Source of the DNA: an uncultured delta proteobacterium | Lineage (GTDB): Bacteria; Myxococcota; Myxococcia; Myxococcales; 40CM-4-68-19 | Length of the DNA: 64,000 nt | NCBI GenBank assembly: GCA_903911145.1 | Contig: CAIWCD010000001.1 | Coordinates: forward strand, 62,001-126,000 | Direction of reading: 5' to 3' | Part shown: positions 9,591-22,246 of the stretch, piece after piece | Position numbering within the stretch: the stretch's first letter is position 1 | Layout of the letters: each line of letters opens with the position of its first letter | Notes under the pieces: model-generated | Seen by the model: the letters and a program-made list of their open reading frames with translations, nothing else | The model's database searches: none | Told to the model about the DNA's origin: nothing | Program-made: the position numbers and the translations under genes

Positions 9591-10652
9591 TCAATCCTCG
9601 ACCATCTCCATCTCGACGAGGTTGCCGCCGCCCTCGAGCGACGACAGACGGACCGAACCTCCGTGCTCACGCGCGATGCGCTCGACCACGGCCAGCGCGA
9701 GTCCGCTGCCCCGCGCCCGGCTGGGGTTGAAGGGAACGAACGCCTGCTTGCGCGCCTCGACGGAGAGAGTGCGGCCGGGATCGCGCACGGACAGGATCCA
9801 GCGGCGCGACGTGCGGGACGCGACACGCGGGACCACGTTCAGCGAGACCAGCACTTCACCGCCGCCCGCCTCTTCCGCGGCGAGCGCACCAAGTCGAACC
9901 AGCAGTCTCACCGCGGTCTCGACGCGCGTTGGATCCGCGTGCACCGGGACCATCCTCTCAGGCACAGAGCAGCGCACCAGCACGCCCCGCTCGGCCCACT
10001 GCACGGAGAGCTGGCCTGCGACCTCAAGCACCGGACCGCGCGGATCGATCGGCACGCGCGAGAGCGTCGGTGGCCGCGCAAACTCGAGCACCTCGCTCAG
10101 CAGCAGCTCGATGTTGCCGACCTCGCGGATCGCGATCTCCGCGCGGCGAAGATCGTTCGGCTGCAATCGGCCATGCCGCTCGAGCGTCTGCAGCGCGATC
10201 TTCACGGCCGAGAGCGGATTGCGAACCTCGTGCGCAAGCAACGAGGCGAAGCGCGCGAGATCGGCAGCCCGCTCGTTTGCATCGACTTCGATCGACGCAG
10301 CCGAAAGATCGATGACGAGCGCAACCGTTCCCGCAGCGGCCCGGTGCAACTCGAGGCGCGCGGGAAACTGCCGCGCAGCCTCCGGGCCACCAGCGCGCAC
10401 GAGCAGCCGCGAGACCGAGCTCTGTGCGGCGTCCGCGAGATCGCGTGCGGTGCGCTCTCCGCCGACAAACAGCGTGCCCACGGACTGCCCGAGCAGCTCC
10501 TTGTCGCTGACGCCGAAGACGTTCTCGCACGCGCCAGACGCGCCCGCGATGAGCGGCGATCCCGCACGACCCCACGCGATCGCACACGCATCCGTCGACG
10601 TCGAAAGGAACAGTCCGAGCCCGCTGGCGAGCTGCTGCAGCGTCGGCGTCAT
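9591..10652 (-). CDS. PAS-like sensor histidine kinase with degenerate ATPase boxes
   Basis: H-box LAHEVRNPLS. HATPase-like C-terminus (VRDPG, AFVPF, GSGLALAVVERIAREHGG). Start set at MTPTLQQ. Confidence 0.8.
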   Translation of the reverse strand: MTPTLQQLASGLGLFLSTSTDACAIAWGRAGSPLIAGASGACENVFGVSDKELLGQSVGTLFVGGERTARDLADAAQSSVSRLLVRAGGPEAARQFPARLELHRAAAGTVALVIDLSAASIEVDANERAADLARFASLLAHEVRNPLSAVKIALQTLERHGRLQPNDLRRAEIAIREVGNIELLLSEVLEFARPPTLSRVPIDPRGPVLEVAGQLSVQWAERGVLVRCSVPERMVPVHADPTRVETAVRLLVRLGALAAEEAGGGEVLVSLNVVPRVASRTSRRWILSVRDPGRTLSVEARKQAFVPFNPSRARGSGLALAVVERIAREHGGSVRLSSLEGGGNLVEMEMVED

Positions 10653-10689
10653 CGCGCGCGACTCCACCGGCGAGAGAATTTCGGCGCGC

Positions 10690-11823
10690 TCAAAAGAGGC
10701 CGAGCAGACCAACCGTCGCGCCGTGCGGAACCGGAGCAGCCGAGAACGCGATCGCCGCGCTGGGAGCCGCATCCCGTGCTGTTGCCGCGACGGGTCCCTG
10801 CTCTCGATAGCCGTCGTACCGGTGCGGATCGTCGCCCGCGATCCAGAACCAGGTCGCAAACCCGGCCGCGACGACCGCAGTGCCGAGCGCGACGCGTGCA
10901 CCAAGCACCTCGTTCGACCCCTTCTGGCTGAGCGAGTTGAGCTGCGCGAGTGTGACGGCGCCGGTGTTGTTCACGTACTGCGTGCGCTCGCCCTGGAACT
11001 TGCTCTCCGTCGACGCCGAGAGCTGGTTGAAGAGGATCGCGAGGCCGCCGGCCGCCACCACCGTCCCCGTCGCGATCCATGCGCCGAGCCGCATTTTGCG
11101 CGCCGACGAGTCATACGCCCCGATGAAGTCGCTCGACGGAACGAGCGCGACGCTGCGCGCGAGCACCTGCTTGTTGGGGATCGAAATGTCCTCGCTCGAC
11201 GTGACGAAACCGACCTTCTCCACCTCGAGCAGGTGCGGCCCCCACGAGAGAGCCAGCCGACCCGGGAGCGGAGTCGAGCCGCGGATCTGTCCGTCGATCT
11301 TCACGGACGCTCCCGCCTCGCTCGACGTGAGCACCAGCCACCCCTCGCGGCCTTTCAGGATCTTCGAGACGACCATCTGCGCATCGCGCGCGACCGCCGC
11401 GACGATCTGCTCCTGCTTCGCCACCGTCTCGCTGACCCGATTCTCCACCTGTGCAGTCTTGGTGCTGCTCAGAACGAGGCTGAGCAGAAACGCGTCGCCC
11501 ACTTTGGCGAGCGAACCGGCCACGGTGTAGTCGACTCCGAGCGCGCCACCGATCTCCGCAAGGCAGGCCTGGTCTGCGTCGCAGCCAAGCACCTGCTTGT
11601 CCTTCTCGAACTGAAGCATGCTGCGGATGTCCTCGCGGGAGACGACGCGGAAGACATCGAGCTTCTGCAGCTCGCTCGCGACCAGGCTGGTGGCGCCCGC
11701 GGCGAGCGACTTGTCCACGCCGTTGGCCTGCAGATCGAGCACCGCGATCTTGACCTTGCTCTCCGCCGCGAGCACCGACGAGCTGGCAAGAAGGATCAGG
11801 AGAGCAACAAAGAGGGAGCGCAT
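10690..11823 (-). CDS. PEGA-domain secreted protein with N-terminal TolB_N/CsgG-like domain
   Basis: Signal peptide. KIAVLDL...CLAEIGGALGVDY.VAGSL domain, then PEGA motif GASVKIDGQIRGSTPL...GPHLLEVEKVGF. Confidence 0.8.
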   Translation of the reverse strand: MRSLFVALLILLASSSVLAAESKVKIAVLDLQANGVDKSLAAGATSLVASELQKLDVFRVVSREDIRSMLQFEKDKQVLGCDADQACLAEIGGALGVDYTVAGSLAKVGDAFLLSLVLSSTKTAQVENRVSETVAKQEQIVAAVARDAQMVVSKILKGREGWLVLTSSEAGASVKIDGQIRGSTPLPGRLALSWGPHLLEVEKVGFVTSSEDISIPNKQVLARSVALVPSSDFIGAYDSSARKMRLGAWIATGTVVAAGGLAILFNQLSASTESKFQGERTQYVNNTGAVTLAQLNSLSQKGSNEVLGARVALGTAVVAAGFATWFWIAGDDPHRYDGYREQGPVAATARDAAPSAAIAFSAAPVPHGATVGLLGLF

Positions 11824-12090
11824 GCGTCCTCGAGCGTGCAATGGAGGGGCGAGAAGCTAGTCCCTCGCGCGGCGCTGTTCAAGCAGCACCGCCAGGGACA
11901 TGTCCGCGCGAGTGATGCGCAGCGCCGCTTGACGCAGAGTGAGCAAGCGGGCGAGTCTAAACGTTCGGCTTGCAGGGATGGACGGCGACGCGCGCAGTGC
12001 TCGGGCAGCCGACCGATGGAGCCGCGGACCGTTCGGGGCGTACGATTTTCCAGACCGCAGTCAACACTCGCAACAAACAAGGAGCACCTC

Positions 12091-12336
12091 ATGCGCCGCT
12101 TTCTCCGGAAGATGAAGAGCCAGCTCGGCCAGGGTATGTCCGAGTACCTGATCATCGTCGCCCTGATCGCGATCGCGGCCATCGGCGTGGTCTCGGTGTT
12201 CGGCACCGACATCCGCGACCTCTTCGGCGCATCGACGGGCGCGCTCTCGGGAAATCCGACGGCGACCACGGGCGCGAAGAAGGCGACCATCAGCACGAAG
12301 GACCTCAAGAACTTCGGCAACACGAACGCGCAGTAG
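12091..12336 (+). CDS. Flp family type IVb pilin (81 aa)
   Basis: MRRFLRKMKSQLGQG|MSEYLIIVALIAIAAIGVVSVFG shows the class III signal peptide and Flp E-Y motif. Strong RBS AAGGAG. Hidden inside a spurious 904-aa ORF in the track. Confidence 0.9.
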   Translation: MRRFLRKMKSQLGQGMSEYLIIVALIAIAAIGVVSVFGTDIRDLFGASTGALSGNPTATTGAKKATISTKDLKNFGNTNAQ

Positions 12337-12360
12337 CAAACGCGTTTCGCGACCCGCATG

Positions 12361-12410
12361 GCGAGGGCGTTCCGGGCCGCAGAGGCTTTGGGCGCCCTCG
12401 TTTGCGTTTG
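12361..12410 (+). terminator. Probable terminator hairpin after flp
   Basis: GCGAGGGCGT...GCGCCCTCGT stem followed by TTGCGTTT. Confidence 0.5.
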
Positions 12411-12467
12411 GAGGGTGCGCGCCCTGCGTCCTGCTCGCGGTGAAGCGATCGTGCTAGATCAGCGCGC

Positions 12468-13295
12468 ATGAGCGGCAAAGGGCGCGACGGCAAAGGCAAG
12501 GCGGATCAGCACAACGAGCGCGGGATCGAGCTGGCCGATCGCGGCTGGGTCGACGAGGCGGCGAAGGAGTTCCGCAAGGCGATCGAGCTCGATCCCGACG
12601 GCGCGCACGCGCACGACAACCTCGCGACGGTGCTTGCCGAGAAGAAGCAGTACAAGGAAGCGCTCACCGAATATCTGACCGCGCTGCGTCTCGAGCCGGA
12701 GAGCGCGACGGCCCATTACAATCTCGCCTGCTTTCTCTCCACGCACGCAGGAGAGATGTCGGTCGAGCAGTACAAAGAGGCGATCGAGCTCGACCCCGAT
12801 TATGCCGACGCGCACCTGAATCTCGGAATGACGTACGCGGATCTCGAGCGGAGGGACGAGGCAAAGAAGGAGCTGCAGATCGCCATCAACATCGATCCGC
12901 AGGACCCGGTCGCGCGCCACGAGCTGGCCGCGCTGCATATGGACGACGGTGATTATCGCGCTGCCATCGCGCTGCTCAACGACGTCACGCGGCTGGAGCC
13001 GAAGAACAACGAGGCCTGGCTCGACCTCGGGATCTGCTACGCGCAGAAGGGATTCTACGAGGAGGCGGAGCGCTGCTACGGCAAGGCGAGAGAGCTGACG
13101 CCGGACGATCTGCTGCTCAACTACAATGTCGCGGCGCTCTATGCGCTCTGGGGGAAGCCGATGCTCGCCCTGCCCCCGCTCAAGCTCGCGCTCGAGAAGG
13201 ACCCCGCCAAAGTGCGCGCGTGGCTGGCGGCCGATCCGATGTTCGACACGCTCAAGACTGTTCCGGAGTTCGAGCAGCTCGTCGCGCTGCAGTAG
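12468..13295 (+). CDS. Tetratricopeptide repeat protein
   Basis: Repeated 34-aa units (AIELDPD.A.AH.NL) throughout. Confidence 0.9.
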   Translation: MSGKGRDGKGKADQHNERGIELADRGWVDEAAKEFRKAIELDPDGAHAHDNLATVLAEKKQYKEALTEYLTALRLEPESATAHYNLACFLSTHAGEMSVEQYKEAIELDPDYADAHLNLGMTYADLERRDEAKKELQIAINIDPQDPVARHELAALHMDDGDYRAAIALLNDVTRLEPKNNEAWLDLGICYAQKGFYEEAERCYGKARELTPDDLLLNYNVAALYALWGKPMLALPPLKLALEKDPAKVRAWLAADPMFDTLKTVPEFEQLVALQ

Positions 13296-13430
13296 GCCCG
13301 CTCGCGATGGGGTTGGGCCCCGCCAGATCGGTGCAGAGTTGAAAGCCTGATTTCAGTTCTGAAACGCCCAGAAGCCGGTGGCCGCGGCGGTTCTCGAGTG
13401 AGAGCGGGCAGAAACAGGGTGTTGAGCAGC

Positions 13431-13446
13431 TGGCACGACAACTGCT
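13431..13446 (+). promoter_or_regulatory. Sigma54 (-24/-12) promoter
   Basis: TGGCACGACAACTGCT is GG-N10-GC. Palindromic candidate enhancer sites lie at 13340-13364 (TGAAA..TTTCA, TTTCAGTTCTGAAA). Confidence 0.75.
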
Positions 13447-13456
13447 TTGTAGTTCT

Positions 13457-13568
13457 GTCGAAGCGTAGTCTCTGACTCGGTGTTGGTCCCCCCCCGCCAC
13501 CTCGGCAGACTCTGCGCTTCACTTTTATCGGGCCCCAATCGCAGACGCGGTTGGGGCCCGAACCTTTT
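13457..13568 (+). ncRNA. Candidate sigma54-dependent small RNA, Pxr-like (stem-loop with C8 loop plus terminator)
   Basis: Intergenic between convergent genes. GAAGCGTAG (13460-68) pairs with CTGCGCTTC (13512-20) around a CCCCCCCC loop (13488-95). A 15-bp terminator stem (13528-13561) is followed by CCTTTT. Confidence 0.7.
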
Positions 13569-13589
13569 GGCGGCACGTCGCCGCGGCCG

Positions 13590-14165
13590 CTACCGATCGA
13601 GCTGAACGACGCGCTGCTGGCGCGCATGGGCCGCGGCGTCGCGGAGCTTCTCGTAGAGAGCCTGCGCATCAGGGAGCGACGCCAGAGCCAGCGTCGGCGC
13701 GACCTGATCGGTCGAGTAGAGAGTGATCGTCCCGAGCCCGCGCATCCGCTCGACGAACGACTGATCAAGGACGACATCGCGGACGCGGAAGAGGTCGATG
13801 CTCTCCCGTCGGCGCGCGAAGAGGCCGCGCTCGATCTCGAGACGCTGCGACGAAAGCGTGTAGCGGATGGCGGCGCGGCGCAGCCAGATCAGCGCGGCCC
13901 AGGCGCCTTGCGCGAGGAGCAGCACTGCCGCGCCCGCAAGCGCGAGCCTCAGCGGCCCGTGGTCTCGCACTGGTCCCTCGTAATCGCCGACGTCATCGGG
14001 AGACCTGAGCAGAAAGCTGGCAAGCCCAAGCGCCGCCGCCACGAGGAGCGAGCCCTGGGTCACCCTTGCCGGGACCCGCCGGTCGGGCGCGAACTTCGTG
14101 CTCGCCTCGACGTCGTCTGCATTGCCGTTGACCAACCGCAGTTCAGGAGCCATGTCTCGATTCAC
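13590..14165 (-). CDS. Bacterial PH (bPH_2) domain membrane protein
   Basis: Two TM segments, then RYTLSSQRLEIERGLF...IDLFRVRDVVLDQSFVERMRGLGTI. Confidence 0.8.
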   Translation of the reverse strand: MNRDMAPELRLVNGNADDVEASTKFAPDRRVPARVTQGSLLVAAALGLASFLLRSPDDVGDYEGPVRDHGPLRLALAGAAVLLLAQGAWAALIWLRRAAIRYTLSSQRLEIERGLFARRRESIDLFRVRDVVLDQSFVERMRGLGTITLYSTDQVAPTLALASLPDAQALYEKLRDAAAHARQQRVVQLDR

Positions 14166-15229
14166 TCCTCGGCGAGTCCGTTGATCGCGCCCTCAGCGCC
14201 CGCATTGGTGCGCGAGAGGTCGGTGCGGCAAGAGGCAAGCTGCTCGGTGGCACTCCTGGCCGCGAAGCGGAAGGCGGCCAGGTCGGGTGCGCGCAGGCCC
14301 TCGCCGCGCAGGTCCACGGACTCGACCAACTCGGCAAAGTGCTGCGCCTCCTTGGTCAGCGCAGTCAGTCCCGCAAGCAGCTGCTCGCTGCGCGCCATGC
14401 GATCAACCAGCTGCGCCTGCGCGAAGTAGGCGATCTTGCGGTCCTGCACATTGACGAGGCGAGCGGCAGCACGGCTGGCCTTCTCGAACGCATCGCGCTC
14501 CTTCTGCTGTTCGACCGTGAGCGCCTGCGTCGCCTGCGCGCTCGCGTCGGCTTTGAGTCGATAGAGGCCGAGCAGATCGAGCACCATCTGCCTCGCCGAA
14601 GCGGGAAGTTTCTGCCCCGGTGCGGCGATCGGAACGGGGCGACCTGCGATACGCGCATCGAGCTGCCCGAGGACCGTCACCTGGGGCGCGAGAGCCGCAC
14701 AGGGATCGATTTGGAGCAAGGCCCGCACCTCTGATGCGTAGCGACTGCGCAGCTGCGCATCATTCGCAAGCTGCGTCTGGCGCAGATAGACCGCGGCCCC
14801 CGTCAAGCAGAGCGCGATCGCACCCGCGGCCAGCCAGAGCCAGTGCCGCCGCGCGCTCTCGAGCGACCAGAAGCTCACTCCGCGCACATCGCCGTGGAGC
14901 GCGATGGTGATGCGCGTCTCGCCCATCGACACCACATCGCCATCGCGCAGTCGGGCCTCGGAGACGCGCTGGTCATTGACGAACGTGCCGTTGACGCTCC
15001 CGAGATCGCGGACGACGAACCAGCCGCCTTCGAGCACAAACTCGCAGTGGGTCGACGAGACGCCTTGATCCGGCAGACTCAAATCGTTGTCACGCTTGCG
15101 GCCGACGAGCACACGCGGCGGGCGAAACGGCAAGCTCGTGCGATGGCCACCTGGCCCCTCGACGTCGAGCAGCGCCGTGAACCGCGGCCTGCCTTCCTGA
15201 GAGCGGAACTGTCCGCGCGGCTTCTCCAC
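14162..15229 (-). CDS. FHA-domain membrane protein
   Basis: VLVGRKRDND...VSSTHC...DLGSVNGTFVN FHA signature, one TM, helical C-terminus. Start placed at GTG 15229 (uncertain). Confidence 0.8.
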   Translation of the reverse strand: MEKPRGQFRSQEGRPRFTALLDVEGPGGHRTSLPFRPPRVLVGRKRDNDLSLPDQGVSSTHCEFVLEGGWFVVRDLGSVNGTFVNDQRVSEARLRDGDVVSMGETRITIALHGDVRGVSFWSLESARRHWLWLAAGAIALCLTGAAVYLRQTQLANDAQLRSRYASEVRALLQIDPCAALAPQVTVLGQLDARIAGRPVPIAAPGQKLPASARQMVLDLLGLYRLKADASAQATQALTVEQQKERDAFEKASRAAARLVNVQDRKIAYFAQAQLVDRMARSEQLLAGLTALTKEAQHFAELVESVDLRGEGLRAPDLAAFRFAARSATEQLASCRTDLSRTNAGAEGAINGLAEE

Positions 15230-15350
15230 GCCGAGACCGTACCTCACTCCTCGGCCAAAGAGCGCGCCGGTCGTTTGACATCGGTGAGTTTCCGGACCGT
15301 GCGCGTAGCTCTTGCGACCAACCCCGACTTCTGTGCAGATCCCGCGCCCC

Positions 15351-18959
<3,609 letters not shown>

Positions 18960-18966
18960 ACTGGGC

Positions 18967-19215
18967 GGCGCGCGGGGGGCCGGGGAGCGGTGGGGCGAAC
19001 ACGCTCTGCGCTGTCTCGGGGCGCGGCGAGGATGTCGAGGCGGGGAGCATGCGGAGGCGCGGCCGTTGCGCGAGAGAACATGCTCCGCATGCGGGTCGCG
19101 CCTTTTGCTCCCGGAGCCGGGCGCTGTCGAAACCCGATGCGCGTGCTGGGCGAAACTCGCGCGTGATGGGCTGAGCGAAATGTTCGCCCCACCGCTCCCC
19201 GGCCCCGCGCGCGCC
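18967..19215. repeat. Structured repeat element copy E1 (35-bp terminal inverted repeats)
   Basis: 18967-19001 vs 19181-19215 is an inverted repeat with 1 mismatch. Internal hairpins are present. Confidence 0.85.
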
Positions 19216-19404
19216 TCTCGAGATATCTGGACGACGTCCCGACTGCAAAGTGGCGTCACGCTCGACGCTCGGTCATCGAGCGCCCGTCTTTCGCGACGCC
19301 AAAGTGCGCATGGCTTTTGACCGGTCACATCCTCGAGGAGAAACGAACGGTCGCGCAGGACGCACAGATTCCCTGCTGCACGCTCGCAACTCTTGATCGT
19401 CGCA

Positions 19405-19645
19405 GGAGCCCGGGGCGGTGGGGAGCGGGCGGCCAACATTTCGCTCCGACCATCACGGTGCTCAATCATGAGACGCGCCCCAGGTGCGTAGCGGCGCGCT
19501 CCGGGAGCGCAGCCGCGCTCGCGTGCGGAACCCATCTCTCTCCGCGCGATCACGCGTTCCGCGCACTCCACGCTGATCCATCACGCATCGCGCACGGAGC
19601 GCACAGGCGCGTGTTGGCCGCCCGATCCCCACCGCCCCGGGCTCC
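19405..19645. repeat. Structured repeat element copy E2 (34-bp terminal inverted repeats), inverted relative to E1
   Basis: 19405-19438 vs 19612-19645 is an inverted repeat with 1 mismatch. Shares GCTCCCGGAGC and CGTGATGG-N3-GAGCGAAATGTT with E1 on the opposite strand. Confidence 0.85.
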
Positions 19646-19697
19646 GTCACTGCACTCGAAGATTGCGATAAATCCCGCAGCAGATAATCTGCGCGCC

Positions 19698-21011
19698 ATG
19701 CGCTCAACACGACTCGTCTTGCTCCTCGCAACGCTTCTCGCTCCCCTCGCGGCCCGCGCCGACGACACCAAACCGCCGGCGATCGGCGAGGTGAAGGCCT
19801 CGCAGAAGGGCGGCAAGGTCTCGATCGAAGCCAAGATCACCGATGAGACCGGCGTGCTCTCGGCGACCTGCTCGCACCGGAAGATGGGCGCGGCGAAGTT
19901 TGAAGATTCGCCGATGGTGAAGAACGACTACGACGACACGTTCAAGGTTTCTTTCAACGGTGGCGCCGACACCGAGTACTTCATCCAGTCGACCGACCTC
20001 CTCGGCAACGGCCCGAGCGCGTATGGGTCGGCGAGCAAGCCGATGTCGCTTGGAGGCAAGGCGACGGCGGTGGCCTCGAACGAGCCCGCGCAACCCGCCC
20101 AGCCTGCGCAGCCGACAAAGCCGGCAACGCCCAAGGAGCCGGCCACGCCGAAGGAGCCGATCGCGAAGAACGATCCGCCGCCGGCGCCGAAGGAGCCGCG
20201 CACGCCGCCGCCGCCGAAGCACGGCAAGACACCGAAGGCCGAGTCGACGCCGCCGAGCATCCAGCACCGCAAGCCGAGCGTGGCGCTGCTCGAGGGGCAG
20301 GAGTTCAAGCTGCGCGCGCGCATCGTCGCGGCCGATGGAGTGAAGGACGCGGTTCTCTTCGTGCGCCCGCAGGGCTACACCGAGAGCGCGTACAAGGTGA
20401 AGATCCCGCTCGTCAGCACGGGAGGCGAGGCCTACGAGGTCACGGTTCCCGCCGACGTCGCGCACGCCACGATCGAGTACTACCTGATGGCGCTCGACAA
20501 CTCGGGACACAAGGCTGGCCTCGGCGATCCGGACAACGACCACTGGTTCTCGATCAGCTTCAAGGCCGCGGGTGGTGCGGGCGAGCAGTCGCTCGTCATC
20601 TCGCACAACGCGCTGTCGAAGGTGCTGCCCAACAAGCCGATCCACATCCGTGCGCAGGCGACGCTGCCCAACTCGGCAGAGCTGAATGAGCAGGAGGCCG
20701 CGGATGCCGAGACGAAGATGGCGACCGCCACGGCGAAGATTCTCTACCGCGCGCAGGATGCGGGCGACCAGGTGATGGATATGGCCGGAGACATGAGCGG
20801 CGGTCTCGGCGGCTTCTCGGCCGATCTGCCGGCGGCGGAAGATGGCCACCCCGTCTACTACCAAATCGTCGTCTGCCTCGCGGACAAGTGCTCGATCGAC
20901 ACCGGCAGCAAGCACAAGTGGAACGGCGTGACGGCGACCAACGGCGATCCCGTCCCGACGGCCGCGATCAATGCGGTCAGCTCCAAGGCCCCGGCGGGTC
21001 TGCCCGAGTAG
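19698..21011 (+). CDS. Secreted protein with three Ig-like beta domains and a Pro/Lys-rich linker
   Basis: Signal peptide MRSTRLVLLLATLLAPLAARA. Repeated domains each contain an EYFI/EYYL/YYQI strand. PKEP repeats. Confidence 0.75.
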   Translation: MRSTRLVLLLATLLAPLAARADDTKPPAIGEVKASQKGGKVSIEAKITDETGVLSATCSHRKMGAAKFEDSPMVKNDYDDTFKVSFNGGADTEYFIQSTDLLGNGPSAYGSASKPMSLGGKATAVASNEPAQPAQPAQPTKPATPKEPATPKEPIAKNDPPPAPKEPRTPPPPKHGKTPKAESTPPSIQHRKPSVALLEGQEFKLRARIVAADGVKDAVLFVRPQGYTESAYKVKIPLVSTGGEAYEVTVPADVAHATIEYYLMALDNSGHKAGLGDPDNDHWFSISFKAAGGAGEQSLVISHNALSKVLPNKPIHIRAQATLPNSAELNEQEAADAETKMATATAKILYRAQDAGDQVMDMAGDMSGGLGGFSADLPAAEDGHPVYYQIVVCLADKCSIDTGSKHKWNGVTATNGDPVPTAAINAVSSKAPAGLPE

Positions 21012-21144
21012 CCAGTCGACCAATTGCGCCTCAGGCGCGCTGCGCGTAGAGGATTTCGCGCAGCGCACTCTGCAGGCGTGTGCGTGAGCAAATCCGTTCG
21101 ACGCGGGTCGACATGCTCAAAGCGAGGCCAGGGACTTGCCGCAG

Positions 21145-22236
21145 ATGCCCGATGACAATGCGCAGGCGTACGACGCGTCCGCGCTGATCGGGTCGCGCAA
21201 GAAGCTGCCTTCCCTGCTCCTGCGCTCGTTCGCCGGACTCGCAGGTGGGGTCGCCGTCGCCGCGGTCGCAGGACATTTCCTCGACGTGCGTGCCAGCGAC
21301 GTTCTTCGCGCCATGGCCGCGGCTCCGCTCTGGGCGACGCTCTTCTGCGTTGGCTCCTCATTCGTCATGCTCGCGCTGCAGTCGCTGCGCTGGCACCGCG
21401 TGATGGGGCCGCTGCTCGACCTGCGCTATGCCGATGCGTTCCGAGCGCAGATCGTCGGCTTCCTCTTCAATGCACTCCTCCCCGCGCGCGGCGGAGATCT
21501 GCTGCGTGTGCAGTATCTCGGCCGCCGCACCGGCAAGAGCCGCGCGACCATTCTCGGCACCGAGCTCGTCGATCGCTGGCTCGACTTCTGGGGATGGATT
21601 CCGACGTTCCTCGTCTTCGCACTCGTGAGCAATCCGCCCTCGTGGCTCTACAAAGCGCTGGCCGTCTTCGGCGCGCTGCTGACGGCGTGGGTCACTGCGA
21701 TGATCGTGCTCACGCGCGTCGGATGGACCCCGCGCGAGGAGACCCTGATTGGCAGACTGCTCGGCAAGCTCTTCGCTGCGCTGCGAGCGGGAATGCTGGC
21801 GTTTCGCGACCGCCGGATCTGGGTCACTGCGTTCGTGATCGCGCCGCTGCCCTGGCTCTGGGAGGCCTGCGCGCTCACCATCGCGGGACATGCGTTCGGC
21901 TGCGACTTGTCACTCGTGCAGGCTTTCAGCGTGATGATCGCGTTCAACCTCGCGACCATCGTGCCCTCGCCCGGCGGCGTCGGAACCATCGAGTCGGGCG
22001 GACTGCTGGCGCTCGATTTCTTCGGCATCAACCACGCGAGCGCCGCAGCTTTCATCACCGTCTATCACTTCAGCCAGCTCATCCCCGGCATCATCGGCGG
22101 CGCAGCGGTGCTGCTCTTCGAGGGCGAACACCTCTTCGGCAGCCCGTCGGGGTCACGCAAAGCAACGAGCGGCTCCGAGGCGGATGCACTGCTCGCCGAA
22201 GACGTGCCCAGCCCGGCCACTGCGCTCGCCGAGTAG
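21145..22236 (+). CDS. Lysylphosphatidylglycerol synthase TM (flippase-like) family membrane protein
   Basis: LRW, GFLFNALLPARGGDLLR, ELVDRWLD and PSPGGVGTIE motifs. Confidence 0.85.
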   Translation: MPDDNAQAYDASALIGSRKKLPSLLLRSFAGLAGGVAVAAVAGHFLDVRASDVLRAMAAAPLWATLFCVGSSFVMLALQSLRWHRVMGPLLDLRYADAFRAQIVGFLFNALLPARGGDLLRVQYLGRRTGKSRATILGTELVDRWLDFWGWIPTFLVFALVSNPPSWLYKALAVFGALLTAWVTAMIVLTRVGWTPREETLIGRLLGKLFAALRAGMLAFRDRRIWVTAFVIAPLPWLWEACALTIAGHAFGCDLSLVQAFSVMIAFNLATIVPSPGGVGTIESGGLLALDFFGINHASAAAFITVYHFSQLIPGIIGGAAVLLFEGEHLFGSPSGSRKATSGSEADALLAEDVPSPATALAE

Positions 22237-22246
22237 CCGCGGACGA

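Noticed and set aside
9622..12336. 904-aa ORF ending in a pilin-like sequence
   Set aside because: Only the last 81 codons (from ATG 12091 with its RBS) are a real gene. The rest overlaps the kinase and PEGA genes on the other strand.
13296..13590. tmRNA or 6S RNA
   Set aside because: There is no GGGG..GGATTCGAC start, TTCGA T-loop/CCA end or tag ORF. An internal sigma54 promoter with a short hairpin RNA explains the region better than a 6S rod.
19317..19697. N-terminal extension of the 564-aa ORF
   Set aside because: It reads through repeat E2. The signal peptide begins at ATG 19698.
20080..20260. Short tandem DNA repeats (CCGAAGGAGCCG-like)
   Set aside because: They encode a PAQ/PKEP proline-rich protein linker and are not an independent element.
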